Assembly: GCF_001766835.1 (NCBI RefSeq)
Contig: NZ_LKEU01000026.1
Span: 56,089 to 88,088, forward strand
DNA length: 32,000 bases
Reading direction: 5' to 3'
Origin: Acetobacterium wieringae
GTDB lineage: Bacteria > Bacillota > Clostridia > Eubacteriales > Eubacteriaceae
The first letter of the stretch is position 1; every line of letters begins with the position of its first letter. Under the pieces are notes generated by a model, which saw only the letters and a list, made by a program, of their open reading frames with translations, had not been told where the DNA came from and ran no database searches. Made by a program: the position numbers and the translations under genes. Shown one piece after another: positions 9,470-17,676 of this stretch.

Positions 9470-10546
9470 ATGAATCAAATCAAAAGAAAGAGACGACTGT
9501 CAGCGTTGGAAGCAGCAGTATTGGGCAATATCCTTTATATTGTGATTGTACTGATCTTCAAAAATATATTTGATCTGACCCGAACAAGTAATTTTGACTA
9601 TCTGTTTAATGGCATCCAATTAATAACAATTGGTGCGTTCTGGATCATCCTGTTTACCGTTTGCTTTAAAAACATCAGTGGCAATGAAAAACCAAAGACA
9701 CTGCGGTATGTTGTCTATAGTCTGATTCCCATAATCGTCCTAACCGGGACATTGACAGTGGTATCCACCATGTTTCCGGGACAGGATACAAACAGTATCT
9801 GGAATCAGTTTGCTTTTATTGCAGCACCCACTATATTTTGGTACTTGCCCTTTGGGTTAATTTATCAATTAGTTGGTGGTGAGCTGTCTGTTTTTCTGTT
9901 ATTTGGAATAGCGCTGGTAATGACCATTGTCTTTCAGGTGATTGGGATTGTACTCGGCCGAATTGTGGGCCGAAAGTATTGGGAAGAAACCAAAGCCGAA
10001 GATCAGCGGGATCTGGAGTATGATCTCGAAGCGAAAAAAGAAAAGAAAAAAAACCGTCGAAAATCACGAGTTCCAAAACGGGAGAGTATCGGCCTGGAAG
10101 GGCTTTCCAATGAACAAATCAATGAAGGTTTTACGCCCAGAGAGACAGAAATCATGACAGAAGTCATCATTGACGATACCTATGTAGCTCCCGAGCGCGG
10201 GAATGTAAAAAAAACCCGCTTTAAGAAATCAGAAACAGGATTGTTTGAAACCAGTGAGCCCATTATCGAAGAAAAGCCATTTGGTTCAGAAAAAGTTTCG
10301 CTTTCCTACGAAAGCGAAATAAAACCAGCGGCAATGCCGGACATCGCAACCGACACAGAGTTCAGTAACGAACCCTCACAAACGGCAGGGGAATGGAATC
10401 TTTCCCAACCCATCGAGCTGGAGAATCTCAATAAAGGGTTGAATCAACATGAAGAATCGGATGATAAATCCTTCTTGATGGAAACCAGTGCTGTGCGGAT
10501 CATCAACGAAGAGGACATTGAAGCATATTACAGGAATAAAAAATGA
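9470..10546 (+). CDS. Hypothetical polytopic membrane protein with long acidic low-complexity C-terminal tail
   Basis: Open frame 9458..10546. The ATG at 9470 has better spacing to GGAGA at 9460..9464. About 5 predicted hydrophobic helices occupy the first 165 aa. The rest is rich in E/K/S/T/P with no motif I recognise. The stop overlaps the next start. Confidence 0.6.
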   Translation: MNQIKRKRRLSALEAAVLGNILYIVIVLIFKNIFDLTRTSNFDYLFNGIQLITIGAFWIILFTVCFKNISGNEKPKTLRYVVYSLIPIIVLTGTLTVVSTMFPGQDTNSIWNQFAFIAAPTIFWYLPFGLIYQLVGGELSVFLLFGIALVMTIVFQVIGIVLGRIVGRKYWEETKAEDQRDLEYDLEAKKEKKKNRRKSRVPKRESIGLEGLSNEQINEGFTPRETEIMTEVIIDDTYVAPERGNVKKTRFKKSETGLFETSEPIIEEKPFGSEKVSLSYESEIKPAAMPDIATDTEFSNEPSQTAGEWNLSQPIELENLNKGLNQHEESDDKSFLMETSAVRIINEEDIEAYYRNKK

Positions 10547-11196
10547 GTTTTCAAACACTGACATCACTTGATTTAATAGGTATCCTGATTTGCGTGCTAT
10601 CAGGAATTATAGGATTCAAACGAGGTGCAATAAATACCCTGATCAGTTTCGGGGGATTTATTGCATCTTTTGTAATCGCCTGGTTTTTTTCACCATTGCT
10701 GGCGGATTGGTTGATTCAGTCGGGCATGCTCAACAATCTTTTTACTACAATTAACATTGATGCGATTTCCCAGTCGCTGATGGATCTGGGTGCCCAGCAA
10801 AGTGGTTTAACCAATGCTCTTTTAGGTGAAGCCGCTATGAGTAGCGGACAATCCATCCTGGATCAGGGCATTACCGTAATAACAGAAGTGATCAAACATG
10901 GCATTGCCAACAGTATCAGTTTTGGAATTCTCGTTATGGGGGTATCGGTGTTGTGTTGGTTGCTGCAGGCCATCTTTCTGGGAATCTCAAAACTTCCTGT
11001 TATTGGAATCCTTAATCGGCTGGCGGGGGCGATAATCGGAGTGGTTTTAGGGGCAGCCATCATTGCAGTGATGCTTTGGGTATTTTCTGTGATTAATCTT
11101 ACAACGGGAGGTGTATCCAAACTGCCCACCGTTGAAGCGAGCAGTTTGTTAACCACTTGGATGCCAATTGGGCTTAACGTTATCGGAATTCAATAG
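10543..11196 (+). CDS. CvpA-family (colicin V production-like) membrane protein
   Basis: N-terminus LDLIGILICVLSGIIGFKRGAINTLISFGGFIASFVIAWFF is typical of the CvpA family. Four hydrophobic segments. ATGA overlap with the upstream ORF. Confidence 0.7.
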   Translation: MSFQTLTSLDLIGILICVLSGIIGFKRGAINTLISFGGFIASFVIAWFFSPLLADWLIQSGMLNNLFTTINIDAISQSLMDLGAQQSGLTNALLGEAAMSSGQSILDQGITVITEVIKHGIANSISFGILVMGVSVLCWLLQAIFLGISKLPVIGILNRLAGAIIGVVLGAAIIAVMLWVFSVINLTTGGVSKLPTVEASSLLTTWMPIGLNVIGIQ

Positions 11197-11205
11197 GAGT
11201 TAATT

Positions 11206-12102
11206 ATGGAATATTTAACAACAAGTTTTTCTTCGTATCTCAATCAATTTGATTTTTCACATTTACTGCAAAAATGCCTGGTTTCGGGGATCGTTCTAAT
11301 TGCGGTTGTGATCAGTATAAAAATCACGTTTGGTATTGTCGACCGGATTTTTGATGGCGAAAAAGCAGGGCTTGAACCCCGGGATGCCCGCCGAATTGTT
11401 ACTTTGAATCATGTGACAAAAACCGCTGCCAGAGCAAGTATCTGGACTCTGGCGGGTTTGATTATTCTGGGCCAATTCATTAATGTGGGTTCATTGTTGG
11501 CAGTAGCCGGAGTTGGAACCCTGGCCATTGGTTTTGGGGCGCAGGGGATTGTGGAAGATGTGATGAGTGGCTTTGTAATTGTTTTTGAAAATCAATTTAG
11601 TGTTGGTGATTATGTGATCATTGATGAGACGCACTATGGGATCGTTGAGACGATTGGGATGCGCACAACCAGCGTCCGGGAATTTAATGGGGGGCTCTTT
11701 ATCATTCATAATGGGAAAATCGATCGCCTCGTCAATTATTCTAAGGGTCATATGAAGGCAATTGTTGAAGTCAGCATTGCTTATGAAGAAAACATCGACA
11801 AGGTCATGACAATCCTCGAAGAAATCTGCACAGATCTATATGAAAACCATGAAGAGTTATTTAAAATTCGGCCTGAAGTTCAGGGAATCACCCGACTTGA
11901 TCCATCTGCAGTTGTTATCCGGGTTGTATGTGAAGAAGATGCGGCATCAAAATTTGCGGCAGAAAATTTACTGCGGCAACGAATCAAAACGGTATTTGAC
12001 GAAAAAGGAATTGAAATTCCCTACAATAAAACCGTGATATATAATCAAAATTCGGTCAAAATGATGGACAAAAAAGAAGCAGAGGTGAAATATGGAAACT
12101 AA
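11206..12102 (+). CDS. Mechanosensitive ion channel family protein (MscS-type)
   Basis: AGGAG RBS. Has the MscS pore and beta-domain signature GFGAQGIVEDVMSGFVIVFENQFSVGDYVIID...GIVETIGMRTTSVREFNGGLFIIHNGKI. Confidence 0.88.
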   Translation: MEYLTTSFSSYLNQFDFSHLLQKCLVSGIVLIAVVISIKITFGIVDRIFDGEKAGLEPRDARRIVTLNHVTKTAARASIWTLAGLIILGQFINVGSLLAVAGVGTLAIGFGAQGIVEDVMSGFVIVFENQFSVGDYVIIDETHYGIVETIGMRTTSVREFNGGLFIIHNGKIDRLVNYSKGHMKAIVEVSIAYEENIDKVMTILEEICTDLYENHEELFKIRPEVQGITRLDPSAVVIRVVCEEDAASKFAAENLLRQRIKTVFDEKGIEIPYNKTVIYNQNSVKMMDKKEAEVKYGN

Positions 12103-12298
12103 GGTTTATTCATTAGGGGATCGGGTAGAAATGAAAAAAAAGCATCCCTGCGGAAGCTTTCAATGGGAAATTATCCGGGTCGGGGCCGATATTAAAATAA
12201 AATGTCTGGGTTGCGGCCATATTGTTATGCTTCAGCGGTCAAAATTCAATAAACAGATTAAGAAAATTCTGAGCGGTGAGAGCAAGGGAGAAGTATGA
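12092..12298 (+). CDS. DUF951-family small protein (YyzM-like)
   Basis: 68 aa with LGDRVEMKKKHPCGSFQWEIIRVGADIKIKCLGCGHIVMLQRSKF, a four-Cys zinc-ribbon-like pattern characteristic of DUF951. GAGGTG RBS. Overlaps the mscS-family stop by 11 nt. Confidence 0.8.
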   Translation: METKVYSLGDRVEMKKKHPCGSFQWEIIRVGADIKIKCLGCGHIVMLQRSKFNKQIKKILSGESKGEV

Positions 12299-12927
12299 AA
12301 GAATTTTTTATGACCCAATGGAATGGAGCAGAAACCTACTTTGAAAAACATTTAAAACCAACCTTCTTTTTTTGTCTGACGTTTTTTGTGGTTATGAGTA
12401 TTTTAAACACCCTGCTTTTTCTGAGTGACCCGGGCTTGAGTCAGAGTTATTTTAATGAGTTGCAGGCGTTGTTTAATCAGAAAGAATTTTTAGATGGTAC
12501 CGGGGTTGATCTCTGGCTGGGTATTTTTTTAAATAATGTGATTGCCAGTGGAATCAGCAGTCTTTTAGGGGTTGTTCCATTTTTATTTTTGCCAATGTTT
12601 TCGCTGGCTTCCAATGCGATTATTATTGGTTTGATCGGTGCAGTGTATCAAACCAATGGCATTGGTTGGTTTGCTTTTCTGGTGGGGGTTTTGCCCCATG
12701 GTATGATTGAGATTCCGGCTCTGGTTTTAGGGGTAACGCTGGGTGTGCATCTCTGTTTACAATTATCAAAAACAATTTTACGAAGAAGCCTAAAGGGTGA
12801 GCTAAAACAGGCGGCGATAGGATGTTTGCGAATTTATTTATTGTGGCTGATTCCACTTTTCTTTCTAGCTGCTTTTATAGAAACATTTATGACACCAATT
12901 ATATTTGGTGCAGTTGTGCCTGCCTGA
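12295..12927 (+). CDS. SpoIIM-like (stage II sporulation protein M / DUF95 family) membrane protein
   Basis: Polytopic protein with the family-typical LPHGMIEIPALVLGVTLG motif. ATGA overlap with DUF951. Confidence 0.6.
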   Translation: MKEFFMTQWNGAETYFEKHLKPTFFFCLTFFVVMSILNTLLFLSDPGLSQSYFNELQALFNQKEFLDGTGVDLWLGIFLNNVIASGISSLLGVVPFLFLPMFSLASNAIIIGLIGAVYQTNGIGWFAFLVGVLPHGMIEIPALVLGVTLGVHLCLQLSKTILRRSLKGELKQAAIGCLRIYLLWLIPLFFLAAFIETFMTPIIFGAVVPA

Positions 12928-12949
12928 AATAAAAAATAAAAGAAAATCC

Positions 12950-12977
12950 TTGCATGAATTGTAAGATGTGATATAAT
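12950..12977 (+). promoter_or_regulatory. Promoter of rpsF-ssb-rpsR operon (extended -10)
   Basis: TTGCAT at 12950..12955, a 16-bp spacer, then TGaTATAAT with TATAAT at 12972..12977. Confidence 0.7.
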
Positions 12978-13039
12978 TAAAAGCTGTAATCCTTGCTCGC
13001 TGGAAAAGTGAGCCATAGTCCATGAGGAGGTGAAATGGA

Positions 13040-13327
13040 ATGAGAAAGTATGAAACACTATTTGTTTTAAAACCGGATCTTGAGAAAGAAGCGATTGAAG
13101 AACTTGTCGGCAAAGTGAAGGCTGTTATTGAAGCAGCTGGAGAAATTGAAAAAGTCGACGAATGGGGCAAACGAAAGTTAGCCTACGAAATCGATAAAAA
13201 GTATCAAGAAGGATTCTATGTTTTAATCGACTTCAAAGCTGATAACTCAGTTCTTGATGCATTAGATCATTTATACAAAATTAACGAACAGTTTATTCGA
13301 AGCATCGTTATTAAAAAAGAGAAATAG
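13040..13327 (+). CDS. rpsF: 30S ribosomal protein S6
   Basis: GAGGAGGTG RBS. MRKYETLFVLKPDLEKEA... plus WGKRKLAYEI, the S6 signature. 95 aa. Confidence 0.96.
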   Translation: MRKYETLFVLKPDLEKEAIEELVGKVKAVIEAAGEIEKVDEWGKRKLAYEIDKKYQEGFYVLIDFKADNSVLDALDHLYKINEQFIRSIVIKKEK

Positions 13328-13338
13328 GGGGCAATTCT

Positions 13339-13776
13339 GTGAATAAAGTAATTCTCGTAGGAAGACTAACCCGTGATCCTGAGGTGAAAAACACTACAAC
13401 AGGCAGAGCAGTCGCTTCATTTACCTTAGCGGTGGATCGTCGTTTTAAAAACAAAGATGGTCAAAAAGAAGCAGACTTTGTGCCAGTCGTCGTGTGGGGA
13501 AAACAGGCAGAAATTGCTGGACAATATTTGTCAAAGGGTAGCCAAATTGGTGTATCAGGACGACTACAGGTAAGAAGTTACGACGCACAGGATGGTCAAC
13601 GACGTTATGTGACGGAAGTTGTTGCCGATGAGATTAGTTTTCTCTCATCCGGCCGGAGAGATTCTAACGCCGGATTCCAGCAAACTTCAGCGCCACAATC
13701 CAATAATAATATGTCAGTAATGGGATTGGATGAAGATTTTCATCTGATGGCCGATGATGACGATATACCTTTTTAA
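13339..13776 (+). CDS. ssb: Single-stranded DNA-binding protein
   Basis: GTG start. MNKVILVGRLTRDPEV OB-fold N-terminus and the acidic tip DDDIPF at the C-terminus. Confidence 0.96.
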   Translation: MNKVILVGRLTRDPEVKNTTTGRAVASFTLAVDRRFKNKDGQKEADFVPVVVWGKQAEIAGQYLSKGSQIGVSGRLQVRSYDAQDGQRRYVTEVVADEISFLSSGRRDSNAGFQQTSAPQSNNNMSVMGLDEDFHLMADDDDIPF

Positions 13777-13793
13777 GATAGGAGGAAAATACA

Positions 13794-14021
13794 ATGCCAA
13801 AACCATTTAAAAAGCGAAGAAAAGTTTGTGAGTTTTGCGAACGAAAAGTAGAAAATGTTGACTATAAAGATGTAGTTACGTTAAAAAAATTCGTTTCTGA
13901 ACGTGGAAAAATTCTACCAAGACGAGCAACCGGCACCTGTGCTAAACATCAGAGAAAGGTAACTGAAGCCATTAAACGTGCGCGAAATGTTGCCCTATTA
14001 CCATATAGCTCAAACAATTAA
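13794..14021 (+). CDS. rpsR: 30S ribosomal protein S18
   Basis: [19 protein letters not shown]...[32 protein letters not shown], the S18 signature. Confidence 0.96.
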   Translation: MPKPFKKRRKVCEFCERKVENVDYKDVVTLKKFVSERGKILPRRATGTCAKHQRKVTEAIKRARNVALLPYSSNN

Positions 14022-14026
14022 AAACG

Positions 14027-14076
14027 CAAAGCTGTTTGTTTCAGGAAGGATCTGGAGCGAACAGCTTTTTCTTTTT
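14027..14076 (+). terminator. Intrinsic terminator after rpsR
   Basis: AAAGCTGTTTG (14027..14037) pairs with CGAACAGCTTT (14057..14067) with one G-U pair. TTCTTTTTC follows. Confidence 0.75.
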
Positions 14077-14217
14077 CACCAATGAGCAACATAAATCCTT
14101 GGGCGAAGCACCTGTAACAACGCACCAGGCAAATGATTCTGCCGGGAAGGTTAGGAAGAATTGTGGGAGAAATTAAAAATCAGAGCAAACAAAAATAATA
14201 GGCATTTTCCGTTAATA

Positions 14218-14226
14218 TGATATAAT
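14218..14226 (+). promoter_or_regulatory. Candidate extended -10 promoter element for yybS-gdpP-rplI-dnaB
   Basis: TGaTATAAT, with TATAAT at 14221..14226. No good -35 hexamer. About 70 nt upstream of the yybS start. Confidence 0.4.
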
Positions 14227-14295
14227 GGTTCAGTAACTTTTTATAGAGTAATAAAAGGTATGTGGTAATACGTAAGTTACCAATTTGGAGGATCA

Positions 14296-15249
14296 ATGAA
14301 AACACGTGGAATAACAGAAGGTGCCATGTTTTGTGCCCTGGGAGTCATTCTTACCTTAGTTAGCTATTATTTACCTTTTTTTGTGCTATTGGTATTTTTT
14401 ATACCGGTACCAATGGTGGTATTGGGAAAACGCCAGGGCCTGAAGGTGAGTATTCTTTCTTGCATTGCGGCCACGATTCTGATTGGTCTTTTTTTGGGAC
14501 CGCTCAATGCGATTTCTTTTGGGGCGCTGATGCTCTTTGTGGGCTGCAGTCTGGGATTTGCCTATAATCGGGATTATTCACCGGTTTTTAAAGTTGCCAT
14601 CGGAATTGTTGGTTTTGCGATTTTGCTGATTGCGGTGGTGGCCAGTTATGAATGGGTGATGGGGATTGGTTTTACCAGCCTGTTGTTACAGACCCTGGAA
14701 CAGAGTACCAGTGAGGTGATGACGTTTTATCAAACTGCCAATATTATGGATGCCGAACAGTTGGCAATGGCCAAAACGGCCATGGATAAAAACATAGAAA
14801 TGATGAAGCTGGCATTACCGAGTGCTTTTCTGTTACTGCCAGTTGTATTTGGGATGGTCAATGTGATCGTTTCGGATATGATTTTAAAACGCATCGGCTA
14901 TCCGGTTAAAACCTTCAAACCGCTGAGCCAATGGGAAATGCCAACAAGCCTTAAATATTTTTTGATGGTACTGATCCTCGGTGATTTTATCATCAGTATG
15001 TTTCAGGTTACCACGATCCCGCAGATTTATATTGTCACGGTGATGAATTTTGTCAATATTATTTTCCTCGTTATGGGACTGTCATTGATTTTAAACTATC
15101 TGGAATACAAGAAATTGACGAACAAGGGGTTAAACGTGCTGGTAGTCATTTTAAGCTTATTGTTTAGCTCACTGGTAACCATTTTAGGGATCGCAGATAC
15201 TTACATCGGAATTCGTCGGATTTTTCGAAGGGAGTCCCAGATCAAATGA
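14296..15249 (+). CDS. YybS-family (DUF2232) polytopic membrane protein
   Basis: GGAGG RBS. A highly hydrophobic 317-aa protein immediately upstream of, and overlapping (ATGA), gdpP. This is the conserved yybS-gdpP pairing of Firmicutes. Confidence 0.75.
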   Translation: MKTRGITEGAMFCALGVILTLVSYYLPFFVLLVFFIPVPMVVLGKRQGLKVSILSCIAATILIGLFLGPLNAISFGALMLFVGCSLGFAYNRDYSPVFKVAIGIVGFAILLIAVVASYEWVMGIGFTSLLLQTLEQSTSEVMTFYQTANIMDAEQLAMAKTAMDKNIEMMKLALPSAFLLLPVVFGMVNVIVSDMILKRIGYPVKTFKPLSQWEMPTSLKYFLMVLILGDFIISMFQVTTIPQIYIVTVMNFVNIIFLVMGLSLILNYLEYKKLTNKGLNVLVVILSLLFSSLVTILGIADTYIGIRRIFRRESQIK

Positions 15250-17219
15250 AAGAGTCAAAAAAAGATATTGTCCGATTTGCGTTAGCGGCACAGTTGATTG
15301 TCTCTCTGGTACTTGGTTTTTATAATATCTTCCTGGGAATTGGTGGCGTTGTTATCTTTGTGATCCTGATCATGTATTACACTAAAAACACCACCATTGA
15401 TGAAATCAAAATCGATAAAGCCATTGATGAAATTTACAGTGATCTCGATAAGATTAATCAGGAACGGATGTATGAAATGCCGATTGCCATGGCGATTGTT
15501 GATAATGAAGGCATCATTTATTGGTATAACCAGGCATTTGGAAAGGCGTTTAAAAAAGAAAAAGAAGGTTTATTCAAAAAAAATATTATTACCGAATTGG
15601 ATTTTAATCTGACCGCCGCCATCAAGGCTGATGAATTCACCTTCCATTATGAAGAACGGGACTATGGCGTGGTTACCAATGCGTTCTCTGACAAGATCCA
15701 TAGTTTTGAACTGCTGCATTTTTTTGATATCACCGAACAAAGTAAGCAACGACAGCTGTACCGGAAAAATTCACCGCTGTTTTGCTACATCGTCATCGAC
15801 AATTATGATGATATCATTGAGCAGATTCCCAGTCATAAGCGTTCGGCGATTCTTGGAAAGGTCGATCTGAAGCTTAACGAATGGGCGAAACAGCTGGGCA
15901 GTGTTATCATTGAGTATGAAAGTGACCGTTATCTGATGATTTTTGAGCGGGGAAAAATCTGTGCTCTGCAAAAAGAGAATTTTAAAATACTTGATGAAAT
16001 TCGGGAAATCGAAAATGATGAAAAAGTGCCGATTACCCTCAGTATTGGTATTGGTATCTCTGAAAGTATTCTGGGGATTATCGAATCCCAGGAATTATCC
16101 CATTCAGCCCTGGATATTGCCCTGGCTCGGGGCGGTGATCAGGCCGTGGTCCGCCAGGATGAAAAAATGTCCTTTTACGGGGGCAAAAGCGAAGCTACCG
16201 AAAAAAGAACCAAGGTTAAAGCCCGGGTTAAGGCTTACGGTCTGAAAGAGCTGATCAAAGAGTCGGATCATGTTCTGATGATGGGTCATCAGAATCCGGA
16301 TATGGACTGCCTGGGTTCGGCGGTCGGGTTGCTGGGAGCCTGTAAATCCCTTGGTAAAGAAGGAAAAATTGTGATCCGGGAGATTAATTATTCGATCAAA
16401 TCGCTGTTTGATTATCTGTTGGAGAATGAAGCCTATCAGGATGCCTTTATTACCCCCAAAGAAGCCGAAAGCTATGCCACTAAAAACACACTATTGATTA
16501 TTTTAGACACCCAAACCGTCAATTATCTGGAGATGCCGTCCCTGGTGGATCAGATCCCTAAAATAGTGGTGATCGATCATCATCGGCGGTCTGGAAAAGC
16601 CATTAATGAAACGCTGTTGACCTATACAGAAGCCTATGCTTCATCCACCTGCGAACTGGTGACTGAGCTGCTGCAGTATTTTGATGAGAAGAGCCAGCTC
16701 AATGTCATTGAAGCCAACGCTTTAATGGCGGGGATGTGTATGGACACCAAAATGTTTACCTTAAAAACGGGAGTAAGAACCTTTGAAGCCGCCTCTTACT
16801 TAAGGCGAAAGGGCGCCGATACGCTAATCAGTAAAATTTTGCTGCAGGATGATCTCAATACCTATACGGCCAAATCGGATGCTGTCAAAAATGCTAAAAT
16901 TTATTTTGATAACATTGCGATCTCAACTTTTGAGAACAATACCGATTATGGCAAGGTGATTGCTGCCCAGGCAGCGGATGAACTGTTAAATATCAAGGGG
17001 ATTGTGGCTTCCTTTATCATTCTTAAAAATGAAGAGGGGCTGGCCATCAGTGCCCGCTCCATGGGCGAGGTCAATGTTCAGGTAATCTTAGAGAAATTGG
17101 GTGGTGGCGGCCATTTGGCCATTGCCGGAGCACAGTTCCCCGGTGAAAAAAACATTGAAACCGGCGTCGAGCTATTGCTCACTGCTATAAAAAAATACAA
17201 GAAGGAGAATGGATCATGA
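15246..17219 (+). CDS. gdpP: Cyclic-di-AMP phosphodiesterase GdpP (2TM, PAS-like, degenerate GGDEF, DHH/DHHA1)
   Basis: Two N-terminal TM helices. DHH motifs MMGHQNPDMDCLGSAVGL, ILDT and VVIDHHRR. DHHA1 motif GGGGHLAIAGAQ. 657 aa. Synteny yybS-gdpP-rplI-dnaB. Confidence 0.92.
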   Translation: MKESKKDIVRFALAAQLIVSLVLGFYNIFLGIGGVVIFVILIMYYTKNTTIDEIKIDKAIDEIYSDLDKINQERMYEMPIAMAIVDNEGIIYWYNQAFGKAFKKEKEGLFKKNIITELDFNLTAAIKADEFTFHYEERDYGVVTNAFSDKIHSFELLHFFDITEQSKQRQLYRKNSPLFCYIVIDNYDDIIEQIPSHKRSAILGKVDLKLNEWAKQLGSVIIEYESDRYLMIFERGKICALQKENFKILDEIREIENDEKVPITLSIGIGISESILGIIESQELSHSALDIALARGGDQAVVRQDEKMSFYGGKSEATEKRTKVKARVKAYGLKELIKESDHVLMMGHQNPDMDCLGSAVGLLGACKSLGKEGKIVIREINYSIKSLFDYLLENEAYQDAFITPKEAESYATKNTLLIILDTQTVNYLEMPSLVDQIPKIVVIDHHRRSGKAINETLLTYTEAYASSTCELVTELLQYFDEKSQLNVIEANALMAGMCMDTKMFTLKTGVRTFEAASYLRRKGADTLISKILLQDDLNTYTAKSDAVKNAKIYFDNIAISTFENNTDYGKVIAAQAADELLNIKGIVASFIILKNEEGLAISARSMGEVNVQVILEKLGGGGHLAIAGAQFPGEKNIETGVELLLTAIKKYKKENGS

Positions 17220-17665
17220 AAGTAGTCTTATTGGAAAATGTAAAAAATGTTGGAAATAAAGGTGATATTGTTGATGTAAAGGATGGTTATGGCCGGAACT
17301 TTTTGATTAAAACCGGTAAGGGCGTCATTGGTAATAAAGAAAATATTGCCATGGCGGAAACGACTAAAGCTGAAGAAGCACAAAAAGTCGCAGCCGAACG
17401 ACAGGCTGCTGTCGAACTGGCAAAAACAATCGATGAAACGGAAATTACCATTACCGAACGGGCTGGCGAAGACGGCAAACTGTTTGGGTCGGTTACCAGC
17501 AAAGACATTGCTGAAGCTCTGGAAAATCAAAAAGGCATCAAGGTTGATAAGCGCAAAGTTGAACTGGAAATGCCGTTGCGTAATGTGGGTCGGGCCGAAG
17601 TCAAAGTTAAAACCTATCAGGGCGTGGTCGGAAAACTGACCGTGCTCATCAAAGGCGAAGCCTAG
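17216..17665 (+). CDS. rplI: 50S ribosomal protein L9
   Basis: AAGGAG RBS. MKVVLLENVKNVGNKGDIVDVKDGYGRNFL, the L9 N-terminal signature. 149 aa. Confidence 0.96.
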   Translation: MKVVLLENVKNVGNKGDIVDVKDGYGRNFLIKTGKGVIGNKENIAMAETTKAEEAQKVAAERQAAVELAKTIDETEITITERAGEDGKLFGSVTSKDIAEALENQKGIKVDKRKVELEMPLRNVGRAEVKVKTYQGVVGKLTVLIKGEA

Positions 17666-17676
17666 GAGACTAAGCG

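Noticed and set aside
14077-14215. About 140 nt of unassigned, relatively GC-rich spacer between the rpsR terminator and the yybS -10 element; considered as a riboswitch or sRNA (for example c-di-AMP related, given gdpP downstream)
   Set aside because: It contains only a small bulged hairpin (CCAGGCA…TGCCGG), and I could see no recognisable riboswitch core. It lies upstream of the only plausible promoter element, and any ORFs are 11 codons or fewer without an RBS. Worth an Rfam scan, but there is nothing to support a call.
14297-14316. CACGTG-centred sequence tgaaaacacgtggaataaca at the yybS start (also CACGTG at 1611..1616) as possible extra parS sites
   Set aside because: Only the 6-bp core matches. 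The flanks do not fit TGTTNCACGTGAAACA.
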